Notes under the pieces: generated by a model
The model's input: the letters and a program-made list of their open reading frames with translations, nothing else
Databases searched by the model: none
Told to the model about the DNA's origin: nothing
In this document: positions 19,835 through 34,800 of the stretch, in pieces
Layout: the number at the start of each line of letters is the position of its first letter
Position numbering within the stretch: the stretch's first letter is position 1
Source of the DNA: Caecitellus pseudoparvulus
Lineage: Eukaryota > Protista > Bigyra: Bicosoecida
Assembly (NCBI GenBank): GCA_965644315.1
Contig: CBFFRQ010000068.1
Location: 124,001 to 188,000, forward strand
Direction of reading: 5' to 3'
DNA length: 64,000 nt
Made by a program: the position numbers and the translations under genes

Positions 19835-22800
19835 TCACGATGACTGCCAATCAAGTCCTTCTTGAACCATCTTCATATTTGCCAGCACATGTAAGTGCCC
19901 TCCTGCTGGGTGACCTGTTGCGTCGTAGCCGCTGCTGGCGCAGTCAACATACGCCTGGTACGCGCTTTGGCAAGAGGGCGAAGACTTCATGGCCGTGAGT
20001 GTGTTGCTGGCCAGCTGCCCGATGCGATCCATGGCATCAATAACACCAAGGCAGAGCAGCCGCAGCTCTGGGTCCAAGCCGAACCCAGGGCCGTTGTTTG
20101 TAGCACTGCCAACAAAGCGGCCAACATGTCTGAGCACCGCAGCAGCCGGCCCTGCGTAAGCAGCATCAGCCAGTGCAGGATGGAAGTTCACGACCAGCAC
20201 TGTCGTCCCAGACATGGCGTCATCAGAGAGAAGGTGCGTGAACGACATCAGCATGCGCTGTGCCACCTGCTGCGCACATGCCATGCCTCGAACCGACTGC
20301 ACTCCACGCTGCACCGCCCACAACGCTGATTCTGCACTGTGCGCGTCTGCCGGCGGAGCAGGGACATACTCAGCAGCTTCAACATGGTCAATGCCACGAG
20401 GAGGTGCTGCAAAACCGGCCACTCGCTTGACGGTGTGCTCCCCGGCTTCTGCCCAACCCACCCCCGCTGCCCAAGGGTAAGCGGGTGATGCATCCTCACT
20501 GGGAGAGGGGCCTTCTGTGCATCGCCAGCTGTCTACAATACCCCGGTGTTCCTGTATCAAGCTAGGGAAAAGAGTGTGCTTCAAGGGGATGGGGCAGTGC
20601 ACCTCCCGCAGCCCAAAGACGTCAGAACAGCCGACAGCCCAGTCAAAAGCCGCGATGGCCGTGTCAGGCAGCGCCTGGAGATCCGCTGCCGAGCACGGCA
20701 CCCCCGCAAGCCGCCCAGCCAAAGCCACGGCATTTGTGTTGGGGTACAGGGCCCCAAGGGCTGTGGCAGCAATGAAGACTGTGTCTGCTGCTGCGCTGGT
20801 TGCGAGAGTTGCTGCAGCCACATCCCGAACAACATGCTGCAGCAGCGCCATTGCCGTGGCACGCGGCACAAGAATGCCGGAACTGAAGGTGTCCTCACTT
20901 CCATGGCAGAGGAAGTCTGCTGGCAGCGCACCCTTTGCAAACAAGGGCACAGAGCCATCCTCGTTGCTGGGAGTGTACGCAGCGATGCGCACGAGCTCGT
21001 CTGCTGCAGCTGCAGCTGGCCCCGGAGCAGTGCCAAGGAAGGGAGCCAAGTGTGCCAGCATGCCAAGGCTAGGTCCGACGCAGAGATGAGACAGGGCAAG
21101 GTGAACCAGCAGGGGACCCAGGGCTCCGCCGTCTAGCAGCTGGGCTGCAACTTGCGAGCGGACTGGCGCCGTGCAGCCTGTCAGCATGCGCAGGAGCAGG
21201 GCGTACGCGCCACCATCTGAGAAGCCTGAAGCGACCACGCTCACCCGTACACTCATGTGGAGGCTTGTGAGGCACCGATCTACAAGGCTGCGGCGTTGGC
21301 TTTCCACCAGCTCAGCTGAAATCCACTCGTTGATCCACGAGAATCGAAGGCCTGGCATGGGGACCTGTGTCGGCGGCGTCAGCGCCGTTTCCATCATGAA
21401 TGCAGCCTGCGTCGTGACGTCGCCCAGCGCGGCGTCAGAGGAAAAGCCGTGCAGGACTGCGCCTGCGTATCTTGCCATGATGTTTCCCATGTGAGCTGCC
21501 TGGTCGCAGTTTCCTATGTCCCACACCGACAAGCACCGCTCAAAATAGTGCTCATCGCGCCATGTGTCCCGCAAGCGTGGCGACCAAGGGAGGAGTGCAA
21601 CGGCAACATGCAACGCCCTGAGGAGATGCTGAATCTTGGCCCCCAGGGCAAACGATAGCCTTGTCGCAGGGTCCGAAGCGGCCGCCGCTCTGATCATCGA
21701 CAGGCCGTCGGAAGGGCTCTCAGCCTGAAGACCGAGTGTTGCTGCCAAGGCTTGCAGCTGAGGGGAGTAGGTAGGTTGCGAACTTGCACTGCATGCCTCG
21801 CTGACCGGGTCAAGTCCGACATTGGCCAAGCCAGCGGAGGGGAGCGAGTCTGCCTCGGCTTGCGCGCCTGCCATGTGCAAGTACTGGCGGAGGAGCCGAA
21901 CAGATTGCTGTTTGGACTCTTCTGTGCCTGGCTGTTCATCAGGAAAGTCAATGAGAGCAAGGCAAACTTCCTGCCAGCTAGCGCCCAGCTGCTCTTCCAA
22001 TTGGTGCCCCGCTGCATGCCCAACTGCACAGGCAAGCTCCGCAGACCCAAGAAGCGCTGTCAGCAGAAAAGCCATGGCTGTCATGGACGGGTTAAAACCG
22101 CTTCCCCCCAAGGGAGCATCTCGCACGAACGGGCAGAGAGGCTGGCCACTCATGTATAGGGAGATGGCCTTGGACAGCACAGGGCTAGAGGAGGAGAGGG
22201 CTAAGCCGGTGGCCTCAGAGCCTCCATGTGAAAACAAACGGAGCATCCCAAGGGTGGGGGTCGGGCCTCCCACAGTGTGTTCATGCTCAGGACCACCTAG
22301 AAGCACCGACACGGCATCAGGGTGTCCCAAGTGTGCCGCAAGCACAAGCAGCGCCGCCTGCGTGTTGTGGTCGGTGCCGAAGCCGTGCAAGGCAGACGAG
22401 AAGGTGTCCACAGGCATCCCGAAGCACTGAAGCGGGCTTGGGGTCCCGCTTCCGACCCGAAGAATGAGCGCTGTCTTCACCATTGATGCTGCGATGGCTT
22501 CAGCGGTGAGACGTTTCAGAGCCGCGTGCAAGGCCACGGAGGCGGCTTGCCCAGCCGGGCCTGGTTGACATACAAGTGCAGCCAGCAAGACAGAAAAGAC
22601 CCCAAGCCGGCTGCCGTCCTTTCGGGCAATCATTGCAGCGAGGGCAGCAGACACGCGCGCTTGCATAAAGGCATGGTTTGAAACCTCCATGGCTTGCCTT
22701 GTCGCAGGCCCAAGAGCCTGCAGTGTCTGTCGCACGTCGTCCCTGACTGGGCCAGCGCACCCGCTAATGCCATCGAGCCCTAGTGACACGCCGCGGGGGC

Positions 22801-25800
22801 CTTGGTGGGCACCAGATGCGGAGGGCGTCCACCACACAGGGTTGAGGAGATGCGGTTGAGATAGGATTGGGGCCGGGAGCACGTGGGCTGCTTCAGCAGG
22901 ACCACAAATCAGGGCAGTCGCCAGCTCACCTAGCTTCGTGACCATCAGCAAGCTCAGTGTCCCGAAGGAGAAGTTCGAAGAGAACATGCCTTGCAGCAAT
23001 GAGCCAAGGCGCTCAAGTTCAGGCCCCATTTCAGCCGATTCGGGCATCCCGGCAGCAGCTGCCATTTCCGGCCCCTGCAGGGCCTCCTCTCCAACCGCTC
23101 TAAAGGCATTCATGTGACACTCCAGGGCCACAAACTGGAGTGAGAAGCTCAATACAGATGTCAGCGACACGTGACGGAGGAAAATATGCACCCCGTAGCC
23201 ATCTGACAAGCAAGTGGTCAGGGCCGCCAGCGCACTCAATTGCAGCAAAGGCATGTCCCCGTACGGATACGAGTCGAGGGCGTAACGCTCAGCCAAGGCA
23301 GCGTCACTGGAGCCATGCGGACCAGAGTCCCGCAGCTGCTCTGCGACGCCTGTGAGCACCTCGTACAGCTTCCCCCGGGCAACTTCCCACAAGACATGCT
23401 CGCGGTATGCTGCTTGCTGCTGCTTGCTCACCAACAAAGGCTCAAGTTCGTGCCAGCCCGTCAGCTGGTCCGAAAAGGCCGGAGGACTTGAGCCCACCTG
23501 CGGTTCGGCACTGCGCAATGGCACTCCCTCAACTCCAGCACGCTCATAGGCTTGAGTGCGAGTCAAGTACGGGACGCGCAACCTCAACGCGCGAGCGCCA
23601 ATCGGGAGACCAGCTGCAATCGCCAGCATCGCTGCAGCACCGCCTCCGAGCCCAAGATACTGAAGCTGCATGTCACCAGACTCAGCCCTACCAAGCAGAG
23701 AGCAGACACTTTGCATCACTTCAGGGACCAGGAGGGATGCCAGAGGCGCAACTGGTGATGGCGGAGCTTGCTCTGCCACCACTGCTTGGGCAATGGCATC
23801 GGCTTCTTGGGGCGTCGGAGACCCAGCGGTGGCCAACGCGCTTTCAACAGCCCAAGATGCTGCCAGCACTTCATTCACTGCCGCTTGCCACCACTCCGCC
23901 ACACTCAAGCCAAGGCAGGACTTCATGGCCAGTTCCAGTGTCTTTGTCCACTCTGTAAAAACTGCTGAAGCGTCGAAGGGTGCCTCCTCATGCACAGCAG
24001 TGACAATTCTGGCCGCCACGCCAAGGCTCTCAGCACCAGGCAACAGTCCGAGATGGAGCGCAGTTGCATCGCCGGCCCTCCCTGTTGCGAGAAGCCGCCC
24101 AGCAGCTGATTGAGCTTGCTGGCAGCTCCACGCACGTTGCAGTTGCTCCGGCAAGTCGCTCGGAGGGTCTGGTACGCCGTAGGAGCGACTGCCAGCATCC
24201 GCCTCCGCACCCAGCAGCTCTTGGGCGCTCTGGAGGAGCTCAGCACGCGAAGCCAGCCTTGACCGATCACAAAACAGCGCCGACATGCCGCAGCTCAATG
24301 CCAAGCCTGTGACCTCGGGCAGTCCAAGGACTTCACCCAGCACAAACATGCGACACACAAAGTCTCCAGTCACGGCCCAGTGATGAGGCCCAAATTCATC
24401 TTGCACGAGCAGTCGGAGCAGGGGGAGCAGCAGCTTTAGCGGAGTTTGGAAGGCTTGCAAGTTAGGTGGGAGGTGGGCTAGTGAGCTGCTGGCTGCACCT
24501 CGCAGAGACTGGCGGCTGGGGGCGGACACGTCCAGAATGGGCAAGTTCTTCACAAGAACCCACACTTTCTTACAAAGCCTCGTCCAAGTTCCAAGGGTAT
24601 GTTCACTTTCTGCATCCTGCAGCTCCAGCCACGTGCTGCCCGCCTGAAACTCGCCCTCAGCTCTCTCGTCCTGAGGCACACGGGCATGCTTCTCTGGGAG
24701 TGTAGCGGGCGGGCTCAAAGGAGGAAGCGTGCTGGCACCATCAGCAGCCTCAGGCTGAGCAGCTGCAACTGCTGCGGCCAGCAGCTGCTGAGAGCCGTTC
24801 AGCACGTCGCAAACTGTGGCCAGAGCTTGTGAAAGCGAATTTGGAGTCCACAAGTCACCCATCTCCAGCTCCACAGCAATGTGCGTACTCCCCGCAGACT
24901 TGAGCACAAAGAACTTGGCACCGCATCGTTGCAGAACGCAAGAGAATGGATGCCCGAACAAAGTTGACATCATCCTCCTGTACTGGTGCACGCTACTTGA
25001 GGGCATCGGTAGGGGCGACGTGGGGATGAACACCATTTGCAGCTTCAGCGCAGGCCCTGGCATTCCTCGGCGGCTTTCTCCGTCCCACTGCAGGTGAATC
25101 CGAAGCTCACCATCAACCAGAGGGTGCTGACAGCCGATGCCGTACCGAAAGCTCTTCCCTGTCGCGTTGAGCAGCGTGGTTGGGCTGGCGATTCCTGTGC
25201 GTTTCACCACATGAGCGAAGAGGACTTCGGCAATCCACCGTTGACCAGCAAGCCCCGAAGCCATCGTCCCTAGCCCCATCGTCACTGCCTCAGCGTGGTG
25301 CCACAGGAGCTTGTTACCGAGGAAGGGCAGCCAGCCACTGTGTACAGAGACATCGGGAGACCCAAGGCGGCCAAGGTTCTGCCTCAAAATTCGTGCAACA
25401 GCTGCAACCGTACCTCCATCACCACTGACCACGTTTCCGCTGTCAGGATCCACCAAGATGTGCGCCGCGGCCATGATAGTCGAGATGCCGAGTCTAAGCA
25501 AACGCGTGAAGGCGACTGCGAGGAAGCACTTTTCCTGCACGTTTGCATGGTGGCACGCCGGTAGACTGTAGGTTTGGCCGATCCAGGCTGCCCTGCCAGG
25601 CTCTGCGGATGACGTGGGACCTTCTGCCCCGACAATGGCGACAGTAACGCCAGCCTCAGCCAACAAATGCATGAGAAGTGCCTCTTCCCGAGGATCGTCC
25701 GGGACGGGGCAGACCTTGCAGCCAAGTGCAACTGTCAGCGCAGTCAAGCTGACATGGACATCTACTCCAGACCCGAACATGTCTGAGCAAACAAAATGCG

Positions 25801-28800
25801 TCGTCCCTGGCCCACTTTGCACATCGAACGGGTGTGGTGCCTGTGCCAGACCTGGGTCTGAAGCACAGAAGGACCGAATGGCGTCCATGAACATGCTGCC
25901 GGTCAGCATGCCAGCTTCGGAGGAAGCAGACGGCACCGTCAGCGCACTTGTGCAACGGTTCAGAGCTTCCTGCAGCGGCTTCAGCATATTGCCAGAATCT
26001 TCAGAGGGTCCGGCTCGCAGGCATTGCAGGGCAGGAAGGGTGATGGAGGCCACGGTGAGTGTCATGGCTTGATTCTGAGCCGCAGCGCTCAGGGCGGATA
26101 CGGAAAGGGACTTGGCCGATCCCAGCAGCGGCGAGGCTGCGCCTGCAGCCAGTGACCAAGCCAACGCTCGATCAAACAGGAAAGATGCCCCTTGAGAACC
26201 CGCCACCGACAGCTGCTCACTCACCCCCCTGGCACTCTCTCCAAACGCTCCCAGTCCTGCGTGCGCGCTGGCGTATGCCAAGCTCGCAGTCCCAACCAAA
26301 GCACCATGCAAGATGCTGCGACGTATGGGATGCAGTGCTGAGTCCCGTTGATCAGCCAGACCGCCGGAACTGAGCGAAGATGGAGCATCGTCCGTCTCTG
26401 CATCGCCCACAGTCAGGCCGGAGGGGCCCAGGACAGCCCAAAGCATGAGCATGTCTGACGGGCGAGTTGTCATACTACCGAAAGCCGCTTCGTTGGTGTA
26501 CTTTGTGAACCAAGCAGCCCTTGCCTCAGCGTTCGATGATGTGGCATCGACACACGAGCCGAGAACTGATGACAAGTACTCCCCGGTGGCAATGTTTAGA
26601 GGCAGGATGCTGGAGACAGCTTGCCAATGTGCCGTGAACACCACACTGCATGCAGCGAAGCACCCCCTGCCAGGGTCAGCAGTTCGGGGCATGACGGGTG
26701 GAGATTCGGCAGAAAGCAGCTCCTTGCTAAATGCCGTGGGCAAGTGCAGCTTGGTGCTGGGCACGTCGCCTCCGCTGCTCCCCTCCAGCGACGCAAGGAA
26801 GGCCTGCTCAGCCTGCCACTGTGGAAAACAGCTCTGAGAGGCATCGTCAGGTTCAAGGCCTATGGCTCCGACGCCACTCTCGAAATCGCCGAGCTCCCTG
26901 GAGTTGAAAAGAGGTACGCGCTCTAGGGAGTGCTCCGCTGGTACCATTGCCTGCACCGCAAACATTCCCTCCAAGAGAGGCATGCAGGCACTTACCCCTG
27001 TTCCCGGAGACACCTCTGCAATGCTTTGTAGTGCGGGGGGCTTCAAAGAGGCCAAAGCCCTATTCTGAAGCATAGCGTTGCCATCTGGACCACACACACG
27101 GTCCATCATCAAGGCCATGGCAAGCATGAAGGAGCTGGTGAACCGCACAGAGGGCGGGCCCAAGGCAAACTGGCCAACCGCCTCAGGAGTCGTCGGGTTC
27201 TGCTTGGCGTACACTTCCGGTCCGCACACGGGAGGCGTATGGCAGAGGGCCTGCCGTGACGCAGCAATTCTTCGGTGGATGAGAGACTGCAGTGCATGCG
27301 CAGATACAACACTGTCGATCACGCCCAATGCAGCAGTCGGCTGGCCAGGCACCTTGCTCCAGCTACCCCAGCACCCACCGATGACAGCTGCCCACGCAGC
27401 TCCCCTACAAGGCTGTGAGAGTTCAGCACGTGCCAGTTGCTCCATCGCAGGGGACAAGGGGGCGCCAAAGAGCGTGTCACAAGCTGCAGCGGCAATGCAA
27501 GCGCTCTGCGCAACGACACTTTCCGTCGACCAACGAGTGGCACTGCCCCCGCTGGCATTCTGCTGACTCCCACTTGTGGCCAGGGCTGCTCCGGCCATCA
27601 GTGAACTCAAACTGCGAAGCGTGTTGGATGCCTGAATCGCGGCCGTGCACTGCCAAGCAGTATCATCCCCGAGTTGAGACCTCAGATACCGTGCTGCCCA
27701 CGTTGGGCAGCGCTCCGGATGCAGAGCACCGCTCGCTGCTGCCTCAGAAGTCACCCGAGCACCCTCGCTGACAACTCGCAGCCAGTTTGGGTTGCAAAGG
27801 GACCCAGCTGTTGCCATGCGCCCCAGAGCGCGGGAAAGCGCCATGCAAGCGGCAGACGGGAGGTGCCCACAGAGTTGACTGTGAGCGTCAGCCCAAGGGA
27901 CCACGCTAGTCGGGCTCTGCCGGGTGAACATAAGCGCACGCACGACGTCAGATGCCCCTTTGCACATAGCGTCAACATCTGCGAAAGCCAGGCCCGGGAG
28001 AGCAGCAGGCACACCCTCTTGGAGCAGGTTGAGGCCTGCCGGGTCAGAGACGAACTCTTGAGGTGCGTTTGGAGGCAAGCCAGGCAATGGGGTGGAGCCA
28101 TCGCCTCTGTTCATCAAGACACTTGCTGTGTGTCTGAACCACCTGAGCTTCATATGGCCTCCCACGCAGCGGGATCTCAAGCGCTCCAGGGCCTCTGTCA
28201 ATGGTTCAGACTCCCCTGGAGGAGACTGCAGGTCCTCTGGCAAGTGCTTTTGCGACAGCTCTGGAACAGCGGCAAGTGCCTGGGCAGTCAACTCTTGTGT
28301 CCAGTGAAATCTCCCAACTGCAGTCAGTGCCGCGAGAGCATCGCTGGCATGTTGCACTGCAAGGTCTGGGTCAGCCACGCTCATCGTGGATGCTGCAGTG
28401 AGAATCTGCGAGCGCAGGCAGCTGATCGCACCCAATTCTGCCTCTGGATCAAACAGCGCAACCTTTACCATTCGCTGCAACTTCACGGCGCCTATGGCGG
28501 ACAGGAGCGCGGTGTGCACGGCACGCGTGATTTTCTCCTCAGCAAACGGCAGCCGTTGCAACACATCCAGGGAAAGCGATGCTCGAAGCTCTGCACATTG
28601 CATGGGCTGCAGTCTGACTTTGAAGGAGGGATCAGGCTTGCCCCATACTGCTGCCGGAGTGGCAGAGGCCTGCTTCCGGAGCAGCACAGCTGCATCAAAC
28701 AAAGGTGTGCGCCAGTGACCTGGAACACCAGCCAAGGCCAAGCGTGCTTGCTCTTCCTCGGTACGCTCGCCAGCGTCGCTGGTCGCTGGCACTGCTTCAG

Positions 28801-31800
28801 CTGGAACATCTTCGCCGTCGTCGTCTTCTTCCTGTGAAGCATCATCATCTGAGTCTGCGGCACTTGGAACTGCAAAATGTCCTCCTTCAGAGACCTGCGC
28901 GCCTGAAGCGGCGCTCTGCACCACATGCGCTGCCCTGTTCAATGCTTGCAAGGGATCCAGCTGGTGTAAGTGCGTTGCTGCTTCTTCAACAACCGCACAA
29001 ACTGCGCTGTTCTTCTGCTGCAATGCGCCAGCCAACTCCTCAGAGAGCCCAGCAGCGAGCACAGTGCGTTCGCCTTCCGTTGCAACATCCGAATCAGCAA
29101 GGTTGGGCTTGAGAGCGACGCCGACATCAGCGAGCTCCAGCAAACCCTGGCTCCAGGACAACAGTGTCTCAGTGGCCTCACGAAGCGCACAGAGCATGGA
29201 AACCTGCTCTGTTGGTGTGCTCCCGAAGCACAGCTCAGGCAAACACGCTGCGGTGTCGGGGGCAACGACGTCTGCCAAGACGCTTGCTGCATGGGCCAAG
29301 GCAGGCAGAAGCTGCAGGCTGTGAGATCCAAAAGCACTCTGGGCACACACAAGCGCATCCAAAGCCGTTGCCAGCCGAGCGAAGCAAGCAGCTTCAGATT
29401 CATGGCCAGGAAGGCATTGGGAAATCTTCAGCAAGGCTGTGGCAACAATGGGAGAGCCCCAATCCTCACCTGCACACAGCAGTGCTTCATAGGCAGCCGC
29501 GTATGCACGCAGTGCTGACTGGTCGTGCCCGTCCGTGTCCAACTCGCCTGGGAACTCTTGGAGGTCTGATTGTGCCATGCGTTGCATGGCGCGCCGGGAG
29601 AAGCCAAGAGTGTGAGCCTCAAGTGCCCCATCGATGGAACTCTCGGTGTCTTTACTCTGCATGGCGTCATCGTACTTTGCCATTGTGATGCCAACATGCA
29701 CGGCATGAACTTGGCCAGACGTGGGGGCAAGCAAGCCGGCAAGGTGAGACTGAGCATCCCAGACAGCAGTGGGCGCAGGATCCGGTGCCTTGACAGGGTC
29801 GTGAGATTCCGTGCTTGGGAACGAGTGCAGTCCCAGGGAGCGCCACTTCTTCTCCCAAGTTGCGCGGCTCCGTTTGGCGATGGGGGCAGTGCCCTCCAGC
29901 AAGTCTTTCAGCGGTGTCCCACATGTTGGGGCGTGCGTGCCACAGAAACGGCTGAGCGGCGCAGCGCGCCATGCTGAAGATGCCAAGGTCCACTTTGCAG
30001 CGGGGGGCAAAGCCGCAGTCTCATCTACTCGCTGCCCCGCGTCAACCCACAGCTCAATTAGCCCTCCACCAGGCAGCGTGGCCAAGAAGCTCTCAAGGTC
30101 TCGCTCTGGGCGCACATCCATCTTGCCCGCTGCAGTGCTTTCCAGCTGGACTTGGATCTGGAGCTGCTCAGGCAGCGGAAACAACGAGCCAAGGGCAGGA
30201 GATGAGAAGCCTGCATCGAAGGTCGCATGAATGGACTCCAGCAACTCCTCGCGTTGCACCGAGTACGAAGACATGGCCTCCACAGCAGCCAGCAGCCCCT
30301 CACTCAGGCCTGCACCATCAAACTGCCCCCCTTCCGCCTCAGCGTTCGGGAGAACAGCACAGCCCCACGCAGAGCCGGCCCTCTTGAGAGCGGCTAGGGC
30401 ACGGGCAGCGCACTCTTCAACTTGCGCGTCGTGACGGGAGCTTCCTGGAAGCATGTCTCGAAGCGCTGCAGACAGCCCTAAATGCTCACTCGGTGTCGTG
30501 CGCTGAGAATCAGCGGCTTGCGAGGCGTCGGGGGTGCAGCACACTGCTCCCCACCGCCTGTTCTTGGCAAGAAAGCTGGTCAAATCAGACTCAGTGCAGG
30601 TGCGGCGCTGCACACGAAGCGCATCTCCAAGGCTTAGCAAGGTGGACGCATACTGTGACGCATAGCCCCAAGATGCGGAAACCTGCCCGAGTGCCACAAC
30701 GCAGAGCTTTGCTGCTTCCTGGTGCTCCATGCCACGAATGAGCAAGTTGCTTTGGGACGCAATGATGGGCACTAGAGGGGACTGGGAGCCAAAGACAAGC
30801 GAGGCGGCTGGCATGGAGCCAGCACACACTGCACTCTCAACCAGTGAGTCATACTTTGGAGATGATTGGTGTGATATAGGGGCACCATGGAAGGTGACGT
30901 TCCTTCCCTCAGTCATGCTGGGCCAAGCAAGGAGCCCACCAAACAGCAAGCCACGTCCTTCGTCAGGAACCAAGTGTGAGGCGGATCTGAGATCGGCGGC
31001 TGTCCAGCCTTCCTTGGCAGCCGCGCAATCGGCCGGGAGCTCGTCCTGCTCAAGGGTTGGCATGGGCAGCACAGCGGAGGGGCGGGCTGGCGTCTCCGCC
31101 GAGCGTAAGGCGCTGACTTGTGCGGCGCCTCTGTCAACGACAGAATCATGGGGCCATGCTGGCGGCAGGGTTTTCGCCGCATGCCCAACGCGTTGAATCA
31201 AATCTGATTGGGTTTGTCGCAGAGCCGAGGAAAGCAGGTGCTGCTGCTGCAAACAAAAGGGCACAGTCGCGGCAGCCGTGGGCAGCTCGAAAGCCACTCC
31301 CAAGGCTGCACTTACACTGGTCCCCCACAGGTCGAACCCCAGCAACTGCGGAACCCGCGACAAGATTGACATTCGCTGAAGAATACCGGTGGTGTGATTT
31401 GCAGCTGAAACTGCAGGCAAGTGAACTGAGCTAAATGGCGCAGGCAAGCCATAGGTAGCCGCAAGGGGCACGTGGTGACGGGCGCCGAATGGAGAGTGGT
31501 GAATGCTTTGCAGCCAAGACGCAGAGTTCAGGTGCCAAGCTTGCCCTTCGACGTGCTCCCAGACCTTCCCAGCACTCTCCATCCCATGCGTGCCCAAGTA
31601 AGGCAGGTCCGCCGCGAACAAAGACAGGTCCGCGACGGCTTGCTCAACCAAGCGCGAGCCCGTGTCACTGAAGGCTTCCCGGGACACCGGCGAAAAGAGG
31701 TAGGGGACAGGGGCGACAGGGATGGCAGGTCGTCGTGCAAGGCCCGCCTCGACAGGCAGCTGAGTGTCCAAAGATGGATGCATGGCGCTTGCGCACGCAA

Positions 31801-34800
31801 CGGCCATCGCCATATGCTCTGAAGCCGACTGGGCACCTGCAATAAGTGCTTCTTTTCCAGATACAAGCATCGCAACGTTCTGGCAGCCCGCTCGAGACAA
31901 GGCTGGCACGTTCAGCGGGGTCGCGGTCAAGGAGGCTCGCCAAACTGAGTTTGATACGGCCAATGAGCCACACCTGGCGACCCAGCCAAGACGAAAGATC
32001 CACTCCATGTGCTTCAGCCACCGTGCGCGCTTCTTTACATGCTCAAACTGACTCGACACTTCTGGCGGAAAGTGACTCGCCTTCAGTCCATGCCACAAAT
32101 GGCGCCTGTTGGACACATTGTCCTGCACACGAGCGTGGATCTCAGCTGGCTCCAAGCGGCCACCTTGCTCAGGGCCTGCATCTTCGTCCTCTGCATCGGC
32201 CATGGTAACGTCAACGCAGACGAATACCTTGTGCGAGCTGAAGAGGGGCAGTGGGTGGGTGGATGCCCACTGAAATGCTTCGATCGCGGCCTTGGCTTGG
32301 GAGTCCCTTGCAGCTCCCAGTCCGCCCCCCAGCTCTTGGCCGGGTCCGCTTTCAGCTGCAAAACCTGACATGCCGGGGCTGGGCAGGACTTGCTTCGCAG
32401 AATCACTGATCCATCTTAACGCACCAGTGATTCCATTGTGCAGTGGCCCCTTCACAGTTGCTGCGACTGGCCCCCGAACACCCTCCACAGCCTGCAGCCA
32501 GTCAATGGACGGGTGAAAGTCCCACTGCAAGTGAACTTGAAGGGCTTGCATGAAGACAGTCAAGCCATCCAAGGACACACGCGGGTCAGACCCAGGCAAG
32601 CCAAGGGTGACTTCCGGGCCATAAAGCTGCCGAATAAGCGCCGGGAGTGCAGCAAGCCACCACCCTGACCCTGTAACGCGGCACCAATCTGGCCCATGAC
32701 CACTCTCACAAGCTGAGCCAGTTCCAAGTAGGCTGCCTTCTGACGGAATGTGCGCTTCAAGGTCTTGGAGGACGCTAGCAGTCAAGGCGGCCTTCCGAAG
32801 ATCCACAAAGTGATCGTCAGAGCCAAACAGCATGTTGAAGAAGAGGATACACCGAGTGGAGAAGGCAGCTGTCAAAGCTGAAGCAGCCAGCTCGGCAGAG
32901 TTGGCCGAGACGGCTTCGAAGTTGCCATCACTGGTCATTGAAATAACGGCATTGCACCAGTCCTCGCGGGACTGCTTGGTCAGCTCAGCCACCGACCCAT
33001 TTTCTCCCTCTTCAAACCACTCCTCAAATGCAGCCTCCACCGTCACGCGGACAGCCGCGCGGAAAAGCTCAAGAGTCGGAAACAGACCGTACTCTTCAGG
33101 GATCCCCACTTTCTGCGGGAAGTTCGGTTCTTGAATGCTCAGGGAGGCGTCCACCTTCAAGCCATGGGATACGAGGGCGGTGTGGTACTCTGACACGGCC
33201 GAATGTTCCATGAACTTTGACCACAGGCGCGAAAATATGGAGTCGCTCAGTGGGCCCAGGTCGCGGGCTGGTCGGTGGAGGTCACCCCTTCCCTTCTCCT
33301 TCAAAAAGACGTTTGAATACACCGCCTCGTCAGTCGCAAGCACGCCAGGAGGGGCAGCGCAAGCATGGGGCCCAATCTTGGCGTCGATGGCCGCCCACTG
33401 GCTTCGAATGCACTGCTTAAGGTCTTCTTGCAACCGCCCAGCTTGAGGGCGATTTAGGCAGAGGTGTCTGGCAAAGGCTCGCTGCGATGCATGCGTCGCA
33501 CGGTGAGCCATGCTAGGGGACGGGAAAACGGCGGCATTCGCATGACCTGGAACCGGCACAGCACCCTCTTGCAGTGCCTCCTCAAGGGATGACGACCCAG
33601 TTCGTGTGCGAGCAACTGCTTGCGCATCTGAAAGCACAGCCAACCCCAAGGACTGCACCTGGCTGCGGATTACCTGGCAAACCATGTCCAAGGCCAATCG
33701 TCGTTGGGCGCTCCCTGACGAGCAAGCAGCCTTGACAAGGGGAAGGTGAAGCTCGTCGAGTCCGAAACGCTTCAGGCTTTGCATGAGAGCAGCTGGAGTG
33801 ACGGGGGCGATGGCACCAGCGTCCATGAGTGCGGCGAAGTCAGACACCGCCGTGTTCAGGGCTCCCTGCAGGCCAGCTTGCGAGGAGAGCACAGTTGAGA
33901 CAGCAGCTTCCGCTCTCCGAACTGCCCGACGAAGGGCCATGTTCGCATCGCTGACGAATTCAACTTGGGATTTCTCATGCTGCCCCCCCCCGCTGCCTTG
34001 CTCGCCTTCCAGCTGTTGAAGCCGTTCCGCTACGTGCATGAGCTCTTGCTGGAGGGCTTGCAGCTCTTCCATACTCTGCTGGGGGGGCTGCCCAGCCATC
34101 ATTGCTTGCTGGGCTTCCATCAAGACCCCTTGAATCTGCATGCCTCGTTGATGCAGCTGCGCCACCTGAGGCTCATCCGCGCCACCAGTGGGTTGGGCAC
34201 GCTCCTTATGCTTTTGCTGCAATTCCTGCATCTCCGCCTCTGCGAACGCGGGGACCAGCTGGCTGATCATGCGCATGGAAAGGTGGCCTGTCATGATACG
34301 GTGATGCCGATCTGGGCGTGGTGAGAGAGGGTCCAGCGGCCAGGCGAAGGCGGGCGCCCACCCCCACAGCAGCCCATCCGCTCCTCTGACTGCGGCACAG
34401 TGTTCAAGCCCACAGGCCTGCATGCCGCCCCTGTGCTGGAGCCAAGAGCGCCACTTGGACGTGGAAGCCTTCCCAGCTGGTGTGAGCGTCTGTGGCCAAG
34501 CGTCGATCTGGGCTCGCGCAAGCTCTCGGTGTTCAGGGTCGTCGAGAAAGGCAGCGCGAAAGTTGCGCAGCCCCAGCTGCGGGTACGCGAGGACAGGCAT
34601 ACCATTCCACTCAAAGACGCGGAACGGAATCAGGGATATTCCCGACTCAAGGGGCACTGCCCACCACAGCTTGGAAGCTTCTTCAAGGCAACCTGCGAAA
34701 TCAGGCACCAGCAAAAAGTGTGTCGATGCACCCGGCACCGTTCGAATGTCGGGAAACGTACGAAAAGCCCGCAGCACGGAAGGCGCATCGGACATGGCCG

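Noticed and set aside
19719-19850. Apparent coding overlap between the 1,980-aa and 4,995-aa ORFs
   Set aside because: The ORF-track start is TTG. The first ATG is at 19718, so there is no overlap.
27674-28837. Long antisense or alternate-frame ORFs (387 aa here; also 15748-16695, 61829-63103, 63060-63938)
   Set aside because: These are shadow ORFs expected opposite GC-rich coding sequence, with no recognisable motifs.
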